DNA of 46,365 nucleotides from positions 1-46,365 of the forward strand of contig JAFOHE010000247.1 in NCBI GenBank assembly GCA_017421975.1, written 5' to 3'. The position numbers were made by a program, and so were the translations under genes. The first letter of the stretch is position 1; each line of letters opens with the position of its first letter. This DNA comes from Pseudomonadota bacterium. Lineage in GTDB: Bacteria; Myxococcota_A; Bradymonadia; UBA4248. Below are positions 25,349 through 35,200 of this stretch, one piece after another. The notes under the pieces were generated by a model that was not told the DNA's origin, searched no databases, and worked only from the letters and a program-made list of their open reading frames with translations.

Positions 25349-28300
25349 TAAAAATTCGGCATCGCTTCGAAGGTTGAAGGGAGACTGTTCGAAATATAGT
25401 AGAAATAATTGGGATCGGCGTGGTCAATGCGCTCGAAGATGAGAAGCCGCGCCATGCCTTTTTTGACGTAATTTCGCGCTTCGTTGAGCGGAATGAGCTC
25501 AATAAAGGCGTCGTGTTCCATTTGTTTGCCGTAGGCTGTGATCCATCGTGCGACCTGGAAGGGGCCGCCGTTGTATCCGGCCATGGAGAGCGTCGCATAA
25601 CCGCCGAATTTTTTGACGATTTGCCCAAAGTACCAGGCGCCCATCGGTATCGAGCGCTCGGGACGAATCAGATCGTATGGCCCAAACTGTTCGTATTGCA
25701 GGGCTTCGGCGAGTTTGTAGCCGGTAATGGGGATGATCTGCAAAAGGCCGTAAGCGTCGGCAATGGAGACGGAATCGGGGTTAAACGCCGATTCGATATT
25801 CATCAAAGTCCACAAAAGATAAGGCGAAAGGCCATTTTGGCGCGAGGCCTCGACGATCGCGCGGTTGTAGGCATGCGGATAGATGATCGACCATGTGGCA
25901 TTGTCGCGCGGTGTGCCAGGCTGAGAAGCAGGTGTTCCCGTATAGCGACGCGCCAGATAATAGTCATGGCTCAGAATGGCAGCATCCCGTATAAACTTGC
26001 GCACGGTGCTTTTGTCATCGAAAATGGCCTGCTGACGCGCTGCAAGTTTTTCCCGCTCGGCTGTCGCCTTTTTCTCGGGGAGATGAAAATACGTCTCAGA
26101 AAGCGCGATACCCCAGTAGCCCGTGTCTGAACGTCGGTTATCGACGAGGTGCCCATCGACGCTCAGAGAAGAATACCAAAGGTTCTTGGCCGTCGGGCGT
26201 TTGTTCAGCTTTGAAATGGCATGCGCTTCGAGCAACATCGGACGAAGTTCACGGTTACGCGCCGTGTAAAGCTCGGCACGGTGGAGGGCAGCGACACGGC
26301 GAAGGCGCGGCCAGACGTCGGCATAACGCTTTGCCCATGTATCAAACCAGGCGGCACTGTCCCCTTTGGCGAGCGTCGTCTCTTCGTCAAAAGCGTAGAC
26401 GGATGCTATGGCGCGTGCCGGAGCCTCTTCCACGGATGGATCAAACGTCGATATGCCTGCGAGCGGCATAAAGAGGGGCGAGGATTCGCGTGTCGGCGAA
26501 CCATCCATTTCGGCGAGTCTGCTGTACGCAAGAATGGCATAGTAGTCGGTATCGTTTTCTTTGAGGAGCTGCTCAAAGAGCGAACGCGCAAGCGACGGGC
26601 TCGCTGCGGCGAGGACGGGAAGAGCGGGGGCTTTTTTGGCTTTGGATTTTCGACTGCGCCGCGATTTTTTGGGCTTGGGCTCTGGCGCAGGTTCATCGAC
26701 GGGCGCGGCTGCCACTGGTTCGGCGTTGGGCGCTGTTTCTTTGGCACAGAGCGTCTCACGATCCGCGTCTTCGGCATGCGCTTCGAGGCAGGCTTTGGCG
26801 CGTTCCGCTTCCTCTGCTGCATGCTTCTCGCGTTCAATCTTCTGTTCGTATGCCTTGAGCGTCGCCTGCGCCAAAAAGTACTTCGTGCGCCGTTTGTACG
26901 TCCCTGACTGCGCTTCCATTGCCTGCGTCAAAGCGATGCGGGCGATCTCGTAATGCTGCGCGAGGTAGGCATAAAAACCATAATCCCAATCACCAATCAA
27001 TCCGGATTCACGCAGGGTCTGCGCGTTTTTCCAGACTTCATCGAGGGCACCACACGTCAGCGCATATTCCATGCGGCTACGGATGCGGTCATTGCGGCTC
27101 AGGCGCGTCAAATTCTCTTCCTGACGTCGAAGCGCTTCCTCACAATTGCCGCGATACCCCTCGGCCCTGTAAATATAAGCCACAACCGAAGCTGGACGAA
27201 TGTTTTCGCGCTTTTCGCCGTCAAGCGCATCGTAGAGCTTCTGAAATTTTTCGATGGCGGGCGCATAGTTACTCTGCTCATAGCTTAGACGGGCATCCTG
27301 AAGCATGAGACGAAGACTGTCGGGAAAACGATCGAGCGCTTCATCGACGCTGATTTGCGCGAGGGACCAAAAACGCTTGCGACGCAAAAAATCGACGTGT
27401 TCGATCGTCTCTTCGAGCGGACGCTCACGGAGCGTAAAGCCGTGGGAAGCAACGATTTTTTGGGCTTCAACAGCGGCTTGCGACCACGGATAATCCCAGA
27501 TCAAGTCATCGAAAGCGGATAAGGCTTCTTCCTGTTTCCCTTGCTCAAGCTGAATTTTGGCATACCAGAGCTTCATATCGGGGAGTTCCGGGTAATCGGG
27601 GTACGTCGCCACGAAAGTCTGAATGGCCTGCGCCGCCTGGCACGTGCTTCGCGCAGCAATACAGGCTTTAACTTCCCCCTCGCGTGCGCGGTGATAATAA
27701 GCGCCTAGACGATCAAGCGTCGCACGCGAAAAGGCATCTGACGCCAAAAGCGCGTGGTTGAGTGCTTCAGCTTCCTCGTGACAGGACGCCGCTCTCGAGA
27801 GTTCCGTCAATCCAAGGTAATAATCAAGCACGTCGGGAAGAATCTGCGAAAGGCTGTCCGGCGCATCATGCACTTTTAAGCGCCTCAGAATTCGCCCCGC
27901 CATAGCATTGTAATCCAACTCGGTTAAAGCGTCGTCCGAAGGGAATTCTTTGCCGACGGTTGTCGGCGCGCTGGCGACAGAGGGAATTGCATTGTCGGAC
28001 TGCGTCGGCATGCTGGCGACAGAGGGAATTGCGTTGTCGGACTGCGTCGGCGCGTTGGCGACAGAGGGAATTGCGTTGCCAGCAGACGATGTAGCGGTGT
28101 TTTGCGCATACGTGGCGTCACCCATGTCATTTGCCGTCGGCTTTCGCTGACTGAGGTGATACAGGGCAATGGCGAGCCTGAGCGAGTCGATTTCGTCGTT
28201 CGATACACAGGCGCGTAAGAGCGTGCGTATAAACGGTTCTTCTGTCTCGACGAGGGCATCTTGTTCCTCTTTATCGACGGCCACAAAATGGCTGAGTGCG

Positions 28301-28518
28301 CGAAGGCGCAGGATACCATCCACAAGGCTGTCATTGAGCGCGAGAAAAGTGTTGGGATCGACGTCCAAAGCAGACGCAGCCGTTTCTGCCACAGACGTCT
28401 TTGAGCCTACCGTTGGCGTTTGCACACACCCGCACCCCGTCCATGTCATCAGGAGCATGGCTGTCAAAAAGCGGCGGCCGTGTCGGAGCGAGCGTTGTAA
28501 GCGGTTACGGATTTTCAT
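25348..28518 (-). CDS. Large soluble lytic murein transglycosylase (Slt-type)
   Basis: 1056 aa with an N-terminal signal-like sequence and a long helical-repeat region. The C-terminal SLT domain carries the motifs MNIESAFNPDSVS, AYGLLQIIP and AGYNGGP. Confidence 0.85.
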   Translation of the reverse strand: MKIRNRLQRSLRHGRRFLTAMLLMTWTGCGCVQTPTVGSKTSVAETAASALDVDPNTFLALNDSLVDGILRLRALSHFVAVDKEEQDALVETEEPFIRTLLRACVSNDEIDSLRLAIALYHLSQRKPTANDMGDATYAQNTATSSAGNAIPSVANAPTQSDNAIPSVASMPTQSDNAIPSVASAPTTVGKEFPSDDALTELDYNAMAGRILRRLKVHDAPDSLSQILPDVLDYYLGLTELSRAASCHEEAEALNHALLASDAFSRATLDRLGAYYHRAREGEVKACIAARSTCQAAQAIQTFVATYPDYPELPDMKLWYAKIQLEQGKQEEALSAFDDLIWDYPWSQAAVEAQKIVASHGFTLRERPLEETIEHVDFLRRKRFWSLAQISVDEALDRFPDSLRLMLQDARLSYEQSNYAPAIEKFQKLYDALDGEKRENIRPASVVAYIYRAEGYRGNCEEALRRQEENLTRLSRNDRIRSRMEYALTCGALDEVWKNAQTLRESGLIGDWDYGFYAYLAQHYEIARIALTQAMEAQSGTYKRRTKYFLAQATLKAYEQKIEREKHAAEEAERAKACLEAHAEDADRETLCAKETAPNAEPVAAAPVDEPAPEPKPKKSRRSRKSKAKKAPALPVLAAASPSLARSLFEQLLKENDTDYYAILAYSRLAEMDGSPTRESSPLFMPLAGISTFDPSVEEAPARAIASVYAFDEETTLAKGDSAAWFDTWAKRYADVWPRLRRVAALHRAELYTARNRELRPMLLEAHAISKLNKRPTAKNLWYSSLSVDGHLVDNRRSDTGYWGIALSETYFHLPEKKATAEREKLAARQQAIFDDKSTVRKFIRDAAILSHDYYLARRYTGTPASQPGTPRDNATWSIIYPHAYNRAIVEASRQNGLSPYLLWTLMNIESAFNPDSVSIADAYGLLQIIPITGYKLAEALQYEQFGPYDLIRPERSIPMGAWYFGQIVKKFGGYATLSMAGYNGGPFQVARWITAYGKQMEHDAFIELIPLNEARNYVKKGMARLLIFERIDHADPNYFYYISNSLPSTFEAMPNF
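27971..28080 (-). repeat. In-frame 42-bp tandem repeat x 2.6 inside the slt-type gene
   Basis: Units at 27971-28012 and 28013-28054, with a partial unit from 28055. It encodes NAIPSVA(N/S)(A/M)PTQSD repeats. Confidence 0.85.
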
Positions 28519-28521
28519 GGA

Positions 28522-29370
28522 TCAAACAAAATCGATGTGTTGAACGTCCTTCGGTGCCTGAGACATAAAACTCGCACCGACGGCAGCAAACGGCGCCGGA
28601 GCGTCCGTCACAAAGTAATGCGTTTCGCCAGGTGTCTTGCGCAAAGACAAAAGTCCGCGTTGTGCAAGCTCATCATGAAGCACCTGAGCCGTCGCGTCAG
28701 CACAGTCACATAACGTCATTTCGAGGCCAAGCGTGTCAAGCGCACGGCGAATGGCGCGTTTCAAGATGGGGTAATGCGTACATCCCAGGATAAGCGTATC
28801 CGGCGTCTGTGACACCGTCTTAAAATACGCGAGATATTCGAGGGCGACTTCATACGTGACTTCGTGATCTGCCCACGCTTCTTCGGCAAGATTGACAAAG
28901 AGCGGACACGCCTTTGCGCTCACCACGATTTCGGGGTCAATCGCATGAAGCGCACGCGCATAAGCACCGCTTGAGACGGTCGCACGCGTACCGATTAAGC
29001 CAATGGCACCATTTCGCGTCGTGCGTGCCGCTTCACGAGACACGGGATCAATCACGCCAAACACGGGAATGTTCAATTCACATTGAAGTACATCCAGGGC
29101 ATGGGCACTCGCCGTATTGCACGCAATCACAATCGCCTTTACCCCACGCTCGACGAGGACTTGCGCACATTCCAAAGCATATCGCACAATCGTCTCGGGC
29201 GTTCTGTTGCCGTAGGGAACGCGTGCCGTATCGCCAAGATAGACGATCGATTCATTTGGCAGTGCCTTTTGTATGGCATCGAGGACGGTCAATCCGCCGA
29301 CACCGCTATCAAATACACCAATAGGTTCATCCATGAATCTGGCCTTTAGCTCTTCCTGAGCCGCAAACAT
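28522..29370 (-). CDS. murI: Glutamate racemase MurI
   Basis: Motifs present: IGVFDSGVGGLTV, GDTARVPYG, IVIACNTASA and LILGCTHYP. An alternative start at 29334 (MDEPIGVF) has AAAGG 8 nt upstream. Confidence 0.9.
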   Translation of the reverse strand: MFAAQEELKARFMDEPIGVFDSGVGGLTVLDAIQKALPNESIVYLGDTARVPYGNRTPETIVRYALECAQVLVERGVKAIVIACNTASAHALDVLQCELNIPVFGVIDPVSREAARTTRNGAIGLIGTRATVSSGAYARALHAIDPEIVVSAKACPLFVNLAEEAWADHEVTYEVALEYLAYFKTVSQTPDTLILGCTHYPILKRAIRRALDTLGLEMTLCDCADATAQVLHDELAQRGLLSLRKTPGETHYFVTDAPAPFAAVGASFMSQAPKDVQHIDFV

Positions 29371-29458
29371 ACAGACAGCCGGTCTGTCTGTATGCGGTCA
29401 ATAGCATGAAATGAGATGCGGATGAAGTGATTTCATCCACAATCACCCCAACGTACGC

Positions 29459-30208
29459 TTATATATTGCGTTTGCGTCGCCAGGCTTCGACGAGTTCAAG
29501 CTCATCACGCGTATTAACGCCCATGACTTCGCCCTGATCCGTCGCGACAATCGGGTTGACATTGATGCCATCCTGCGCCGCCAATTCAACAATATCGGTC
29601 AGATAGTATTCGCCTGCAGCATTGTTGTTCGTCAAACGCGGAATGACCCGATTCAGATATTCGAGGGGCACACAATACAAACCGACGTTGACTTCATGGA
29701 TGAGCGCTTCTTCGGGCGTGCAATCTTTAAATTCGACAATACGCACGACTTTGTTTTCTTCGTTTCGGATAATGCGTCCATACGCCGAAGGATCATCACG
29801 AACGACTGTTAAGCAACGCATACTCTGCAAATCGCGTTTGGCCATCATTTTTTTGAGCGTTGCGGCCTGAATATTCGGGAGATCACCCAAGAGGATCATG
29901 ACGTAGCGAGCGCCGAGCGTGCCGAGTTTATCGAGGGCTGCGCGAACTGCATCGCCTGTGCCTCGAGGTTCGTTTTGAACAGCAATATGCACGTCGAGCG
30001 CATGGTTATCTCTCATAATATGTTGACGAATATCCTCGGCTGCCGGGTTGATGACAACGACGACCTGTTCCATTCCTGCGAGCTGGCAAGCATCGAGAAG
30101 CCAATCAAGGATCGCACGGTCCGCCACTCTATGAAGAACCTTACTCTGCTCCGAATGCATCCTTGTGCCTCGTCCACCTGCTAAAATAAGTCCTGCTACA
30201 TCACGCAT
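29459..30208 (-). CDS. Stand-alone sugar-phosphate nucleotidyltransferase (GlmU N-terminal-domain-like)
   Basis: 249 aa. Motifs LILAGGRGTRM..SKVLH, VQNEPRGTGDAV and LLGDLP are present. There is no left-handed beta-helix acetyltransferase domain. The start lies 3 nt after the queD stop. Confidence 0.8.
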   Translation of the reverse strand: MRDVAGLILAGGRGTRMHSEQSKVLHRVADRAILDWLLDACQLAGMEQVVVVINPAAEDIRQHIMRDNHALDVHIAVQNEPRGTGDAVRAALDKLGTLGARYVMILLGDLPNIQAATLKKMMAKRDLQSMRCLTVVRDDPSAYGRIIRNEENKVVRIVEFKDCTPEEALIHEVNVGLYCVPLEYLNRVIPRLTNNNAAGEYYLTDIVELAAQDGINVNPIVATDQGEVMGVNTRDELELVEAWRRKRNI

Positions 30209-30211
30209 TGT

Positions 30212-30574
30212 CTAACCTTCCTCATAGCGTACACTTGATGTACAAGTTTCATGAACATAAACAGCTTTTAACAACGGAAGCGTTGGCTTTAACCGATGAT
30301 AAATCCATGGTGCCAGTACTTCTGATGTCGGGTTTTCAAGCCCTTCGATCTCGTTGAGATAATAATGATCAAGTACCGCATGGAGCGGTTCCCAGGCTGC
30401 CGTAATTTCCGCAAAATCAATCACCATGCCTGTTGCGGGATTGACATCCCCTTCAACAATGACATCGACTTGATAACTATGACCGTGAAGGCGGCCACAC
30501 TTATGACCTGCCGGGACTTTTGGAAGCCTGTGCGCGGCTTCAAAACGAAATGTTTTGCTAAGTGTCGTCGTCAT
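30212..30574 (-). CDS. queD: 6-carboxy-5,6,7,8-tetrahydropterin synthase QueD
   Basis: 120 aa with a GGAGGAA RBS. The pattern [22 protein letters not shown]...DHYYLN...NPTSEVLA is present. Confidence 0.9.
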   Translation of the reverse strand: MTTTLSKTFRFEAAHRLPKVPAGHKCGRLHGHSYQVDVIVEGDVNPATGMVIDFAEITAAWEPLHAVLDHYYLNEIEGLENPTSEVLAPWIYHRLKPTLPLLKAVYVHETCTSSVRYEEG

Positions 30575-30737
30575 AATTCCTCCGACGTATGACCGTGAAC
30601 CAGGATCGGTTCGTAGGTGGGCTTAAATCTTCGTAAGTTTACGCGCTTTGCAAAAAATAACGAATTTTTGAGGTCTTACCCACGTCGAGAAAATAAAAAG
30701 CTATGGTGTGAGCCGACGGCAGTTTTATTTTGGGCGT

Positions 30738-30800
30738 CTGCTATTGTCCTTACGGCCAATACGCAGGCGCACGCGGCCTATGGTTTCACCATACGGCCGC
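30738..30800 (-). repeat. Bulged-G hairpin units I1 and I2 in the queE-queD spacer
   Basis: Minus-strand reading. I2 30773-30800: GCGGCC-G-TAT-GGT-gaa-ACC-ATA-GGCCGC. I1 30738-30766: CTGC-G-TAT-TGGCC-gtaa-GGACA-ATA-GCAG, with one mismatch. Confidence 0.85.
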
Positions 30801-30811
30801 GTCAAATGCGA

Positions 30812-31459
30812 TTAGACGCCGCGTGTATCGGGATCCCATATTATTTTATGTATTTGAAAATTGAGGCGGATCGGCGCGTGAGCGTCGCAAATCCATGCGA
30901 CGAGCGCTTGTGGATCACATTCTCCCCAAACAGGCGAAAATAAGACGGGAATACGTCCAATGGCACCGTAATGGTTGAGCTTTTCGATGCACCAGTCGAA
31001 ATCGGCGCGATCGCAAACGACGCATTTGATCTGATCGGTATCGCGCCAATGTTCGGCATACGTCTTCCAAAGGGCGACATCGTGTGGCTGACCACTCTTG
31101 GGCGGTTTCAGATCGATGATGCGATGGACGCCGTGGGGCACATCTTCGAGTGGCAGGGAGCCATTTGTTTCAAGCAAGACAGTGTATCCCTTTGCCAACA
31201 ATCGCGCCATCAGCAAAACCGCTTCCTGACGCTGACACATGGGTTCTCCGCCGGTGATTTCTACTGTCTTGCATTGATAAGAATCCACCTGCTTTTCGAT
31301 ATCATCGAGCGTCATGCACTGACCTTGTGTAAACGCATACGTCGTGTCACACCAACGGCAGCGCAAATTACATCCCGTGAGACGCACGAATACACAGGGG
31401 ACACCGGCAAACGTCGATTCCCCCTGAATGGAATAGAAAATTTCGTGGACGCGAAGCAT
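30812..31459 (-). CDS. queE: 7-carboxy-7-deazaguanine synthase QueE (radical SAM)
   Basis: 215 aa. The pattern EIFYSIQGESTFAGVPCVFVRLTGCNLRCRWCDTTYA is present. Confidence 0.9.
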   Translation of the reverse strand: MLRVHEIFYSIQGESTFAGVPCVFVRLTGCNLRCRWCDTTYAFTQGQCMTLDDIEKQVDSYQCKTVEITGGEPMCQRQEAVLLMARLLAKGYTVLLETNGSLPLEDVPHGVHRIIDLKPPKSGQPHDVALWKTYAEHWRDTDQIKCVVCDRADFDWCIEKLNHYGAIGRIPVLFSPVWGECDPQALVAWICDAHAPIRLNFQIHKIIWDPDTRGV

Positions 31460-31465
31460 GAACCG

Positions 31466-32269
31466 TTATTCCCTCGGCAATTTGGCCAGGGCATCGGCCA
31501 AAAGACGGACGCGTGCAACATCGACGGGATTTCGCCAGAACCCATCTTTTTTGATCCACGAACCGACGATCAGGCCATCTGCTTTGGCACCGAAGGCGGC
31601 AATATTGGAAACATCTATGCCTGAGCCGATAATCACGGGTAGGCCGGCCACTTTTGCCTTATCGATATCATCGATATTGGCGGCACATCCCGTGGATACG
31701 CCCGTGACGATGAGGGCATCTGCACCGCAGAATTCGAAGCCATGGGCGAGATTTTCAAGGCTCGTGTCCCCCGTAATCACGTGACAGGAGTGCTTTTTTT
31801 GGACATCGGCCCAAACTTTGACGTTTGAGCCAAGACACTTTCGCAAGCGTAGAACTTCTGCGGCAGAAGCGTTCATCATGCCTTCGTCGGCGATATGGGC
31901 ATAGGCAAAACATTCTGCACGAATGAAAGAAGCACCGGCACACGAAGCAATCGCCATCGCTTCACAATTGGCTGCGGCGAGGACCTGAATCCCGACGGGA
32001 AGATCAAAACGGCTGACGACTCTGTCGACAGCCATCGTCATACAAGCGACGATTTCGGGACCCACATGTCCATTCAGGTACGGCAAATCGGCCATATTTT
32101 CGACGAGGAGCGCATCGCAACCGCCGTTGACGAGGGCTTCTGCATCAAATAAGGCGTCATCCATAATTTGGGAAACCGATTTGCAACTTCCAGGCGTTCC
32201 GGGAAGGGCACCAAGATGAATCATACCGATGAGGGCGCAACGCGATTTTTGATTGGAGAATAAAACCAT
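31466..32269 (-). CDS. BtpA/SgcQ-family TIM-barrel protein
   Basis: AAGGA RBS before ATG 32269; the listed ORF extends to 32296. The pattern LIGMIHLGALPGTP...VENMADLPY...ADALIVTG..TG...PVIIGSGI...ADGLIVGSW.K matches the family (from memory). The stop lies 6 nt before the queE start. Confidence 0.75.
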   Translation of the reverse strand: MVLFSNQKSRCALIGMIHLGALPGTPGSCKSVSQIMDDALFDAEALVNGGCDALLVENMADLPYLNGHVGPEIVACMTMAVDRVVSRFDLPVGIQVLAAANCEAMAIASCAGASFIRAECFAYAHIADEGMMNASAAEVLRLRKCLGSNVKVWADVQKKHSCHVITGDTSLENLAHGFEFCGADALIVTGVSTGCAANIDDIDKAKVAGLPVIIGSGIDVSNIAAFGAKADGLIVGSWIKKDGFWRNPVDVARVRLLADALAKLPRE

Positions 32270-32279
32270 TTTTTGTCCT

Positions 32280-35200
32280 TTAATTGTTGGCATCATAAAC
32301 GCCGAAAATATCGCCTAATTCACTGTCAGCTGCCTGTTGGGTATAGCCGCAGGAACGCTGAACGGGGATCAGAGGCGTGCCATCCGGCAGGTAGAGGGCC
32401 GGATCGAAATCGTATTTGAGCGGATCACGTGGATCCGGAACATAGAATGTGATGGGCTGCTGTTGCATCAGTTCAATACTTGCAGCCGATGGACAGCAAG
32501 GCTCAAAGGGCACAGGCATTTTGCGTTTTTCAAACCGTGCACGCATCTGTGCGAGCATTTCGGGGGTACATTTGCGCCGATACATTTCGCGAATGTAAAA
32601 GTTCATCGTTTTTTGGAGTGCCTTGGAGACGACGCCCTGCGTGCGATACAATTCGCCTTTTCGCGGCCCTGGTATGATGGCAATCAAGAAAGCGGCTTCA
32701 TTGAGCGTCAGCGCATCACTACGCTTACCGAAGTAATACTTTGCCGCTTCTTCAATGCCGTAAATTTCGGGGCCGAACTCAATGATATTGAAGTAGATCT
32801 CCATGATTCGCTGCTTGGGAATATGGAGAATGGACTCCATAAGCCACGTGTAGAGCGCTTCCTGTCCTTTGCGTGCCAGAGTTTTGTTTCGGTCAAAGAA
32901 GAGATTTTTGATGAGCTGCATACTAATCGTCGATGCGCCGCGATAAAATTCGCCCCTTTCGACGTTACGCGCCAATGCAGCCTTGATCTGAAGTGGGCTA
33001 AAGCCTGCATGCGTAAAGAAGGAACCGTCTTCAGTCGTCGTAATGAGCTGCACGAGCCATGGATTTAGGTCTTCGAAGAGCACCCAGTTGGGGAAGCGGA
33101 TGCGGACGTCATCAGCGGTTTGTTTAGGCAAATACGTATCGGTCATGACGCGTCTGACGCGGTCAAAGACAGTGACCTGATGCGTCGAAGCCGGAATCAC
33201 GATGTCGTGTGGCAAAAGTGCATTGGGATCATTGACGTGAAAGAGGAATCCTGTATTGAGCGCCATTAAATCGCGATTGGCTGGCCAGGCAAAAACGCCG
33301 AAATCATCGGATGTTGTCAAATCAAACTTATGTTGTGTGGCATCAATATCGTCGAGCCGACCTTTGGCCGTCAGCTTAAACGCGATATTGCCGCGCGCCT
33401 GAAGGCCATCGAGTTCTGTGCGTATGGCATGTGGAATGGCATCAAAGACGGTCTGAGCGGCCTGATCGGGCAACTGAAGGGCCAGATCGTAACGCCACGT
33501 GTCATATTCTGTCGTTCCAGCGAGTTTTCCGGTTCTCTGCCTGACCATATGTTCTTTGGCGAAAGTTCCGTTAAACAGGACTTTTGCAAGATCCCGCGTG
33601 ATTTCACATTCAGCGATCGTAAGCGAAGGATAGGGCTTGGCAGCCACATTGGCTTTGAGCTTCACTTCACTGTCGAGCGAAAGGGGTTCCGTACTAATGA
33701 TATCGCTTACGATGGAGAATCCCTTTGTAGAGAAAGCCGTTTCGAGCGAAGCAGACTGAGCGGCGACGTTGCCGTTTATCGTGAGATGACCACGCGCCGA
33801 AGCGTTATCCATTTCGAAGAAAGCGAGGATGCGTTCAAGTGGCGTCAAATTGAGTTTTGTTCGTGGCACAGGTTCCCCATCCCGAAGATATGTGCGAATC
33901 TTTTCGCGCATGGCTTTGGTCTCGGGGGTTGCATTGAACGTCGGGACATCGAGGGTCGCCTGAAAATCCTCATTTTTCATATTATAGATGCCGTCGAGCG
34001 TCCACGCTGTTTTGAGCGGCGACGTCATCTCGCCCGTCACGCGGAGATCGACGATTTTTCGGATGCTTCGATATCCGCTTTCGAGGTTGAGATGTTCCAT
34101 CTTGTAATCGGCGCGAGCTGCCTTACGCGCATCATGCAGATGAAAAGACGCATCCGAGACGTAGAAGCGCTGTGAGAAGTAATAATCCTTGATATCGCGC
34201 TGACGCGCATCGGCATCGCTATCCACGGCATCGCCGTCATGTTTTGGTAGTATGAAAGCCGATTTGAGGGCTTTGGCAAATGCCGTCAGATCATTGCCTT
34301 CATCATTGAGCGTCATATTGACGACGGGTTTTTTGAGATCAATTTCTTTGAAGTAGACGCCACTGACTTTTTTGGGTGGTAACGCCATGAGGCGGATATT
34401 GGCGCGTTCAGCCGCAAAGAGCGTCGTATCGCCTTTTGCGATGCGGGGTTGATCGAAAGTCAATGTCGTCGGAAGCGTCCATGTCAGCGTCTGTGTCTCG
34501 ATGGCATAATCGGCAACCTTCAAGAGTTCTGGAATGGCATTGGCCTTATTTCGCGGCATTGTGAGCGTCAACGCGCCTTCCGATTTTCCCATCATTTCGG
34601 CACTGAGCGTCGAAGCATATTCGTTTTTGGTACCCTTTTCGTCGAGCGTAAAACCGGCTGTTGCCGTGAGTTTGATGACTTTCTTTGCATCGCGTGATTC
34701 CGTCGAAACGGCGATATTTTTTGCGTTTAACGCCGTGAGGGAAGTTGAAGCCACCAGAGGCAAACTGGGCATGGCGATTTGCACGTCATTGACGGAGACA
34801 TCAGGTAAAGGCGTGATGTATCTTTTCCACGCAGGCGGCGTTTTTTCGTCATCCTCGTCGCCATTTTCGCGATCCGTGGTTTTCACCAGCGCCAACAGAT
34901 CTTCAAAGTTGTGGTGTCCGTCTTTGTAATTGAACGTTATTTGGACGTCATTGACTTTGACATCAGCCAAACGGGGTTCAGCGATGCCAGGAATACCGGC
35001 GAGGTAGAGATCGACCTGATCGACGGTTATCGCTGGTTGCTTGGAATCTTTGTCAGCGATCGTGATATCATTGAGCGTCAAGTGACGCAGTGAGCGTAAG
35101 CGGACATCACCCAAGGCTATTTTACGTCCTGTTTTTTGCTCAGCAGCGGTGAAAGCCTCCTCAAGTTTTGCGTGGATAATGCCAGGCACAACGGCGTACC

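Noticed and set aside
29388-29406. TG-TAT-gcggtca-ATA-GCA as a degenerate hairpin-family copy.
   Set aside because: The base before the G is T rather than C. There is no outer helix and no inner stem, so the evidence is too weak to count it.
30575-30811. A preQ1 riboswitch upstream of queD.
   Set aside because: Reading the minus strand, I could not find the short P1 stem plus the A-rich tail and ACCC-type core of the preQ1-I/II aptamers. A cmscan would be needed to be sure.
30617-30943. 108-aa + strand ORF in the queE-queD spacer.
   Set aside because: It has a GTG start without an RBS, runs through the two hairpin units, and overlaps the queE 3' end in antisense.
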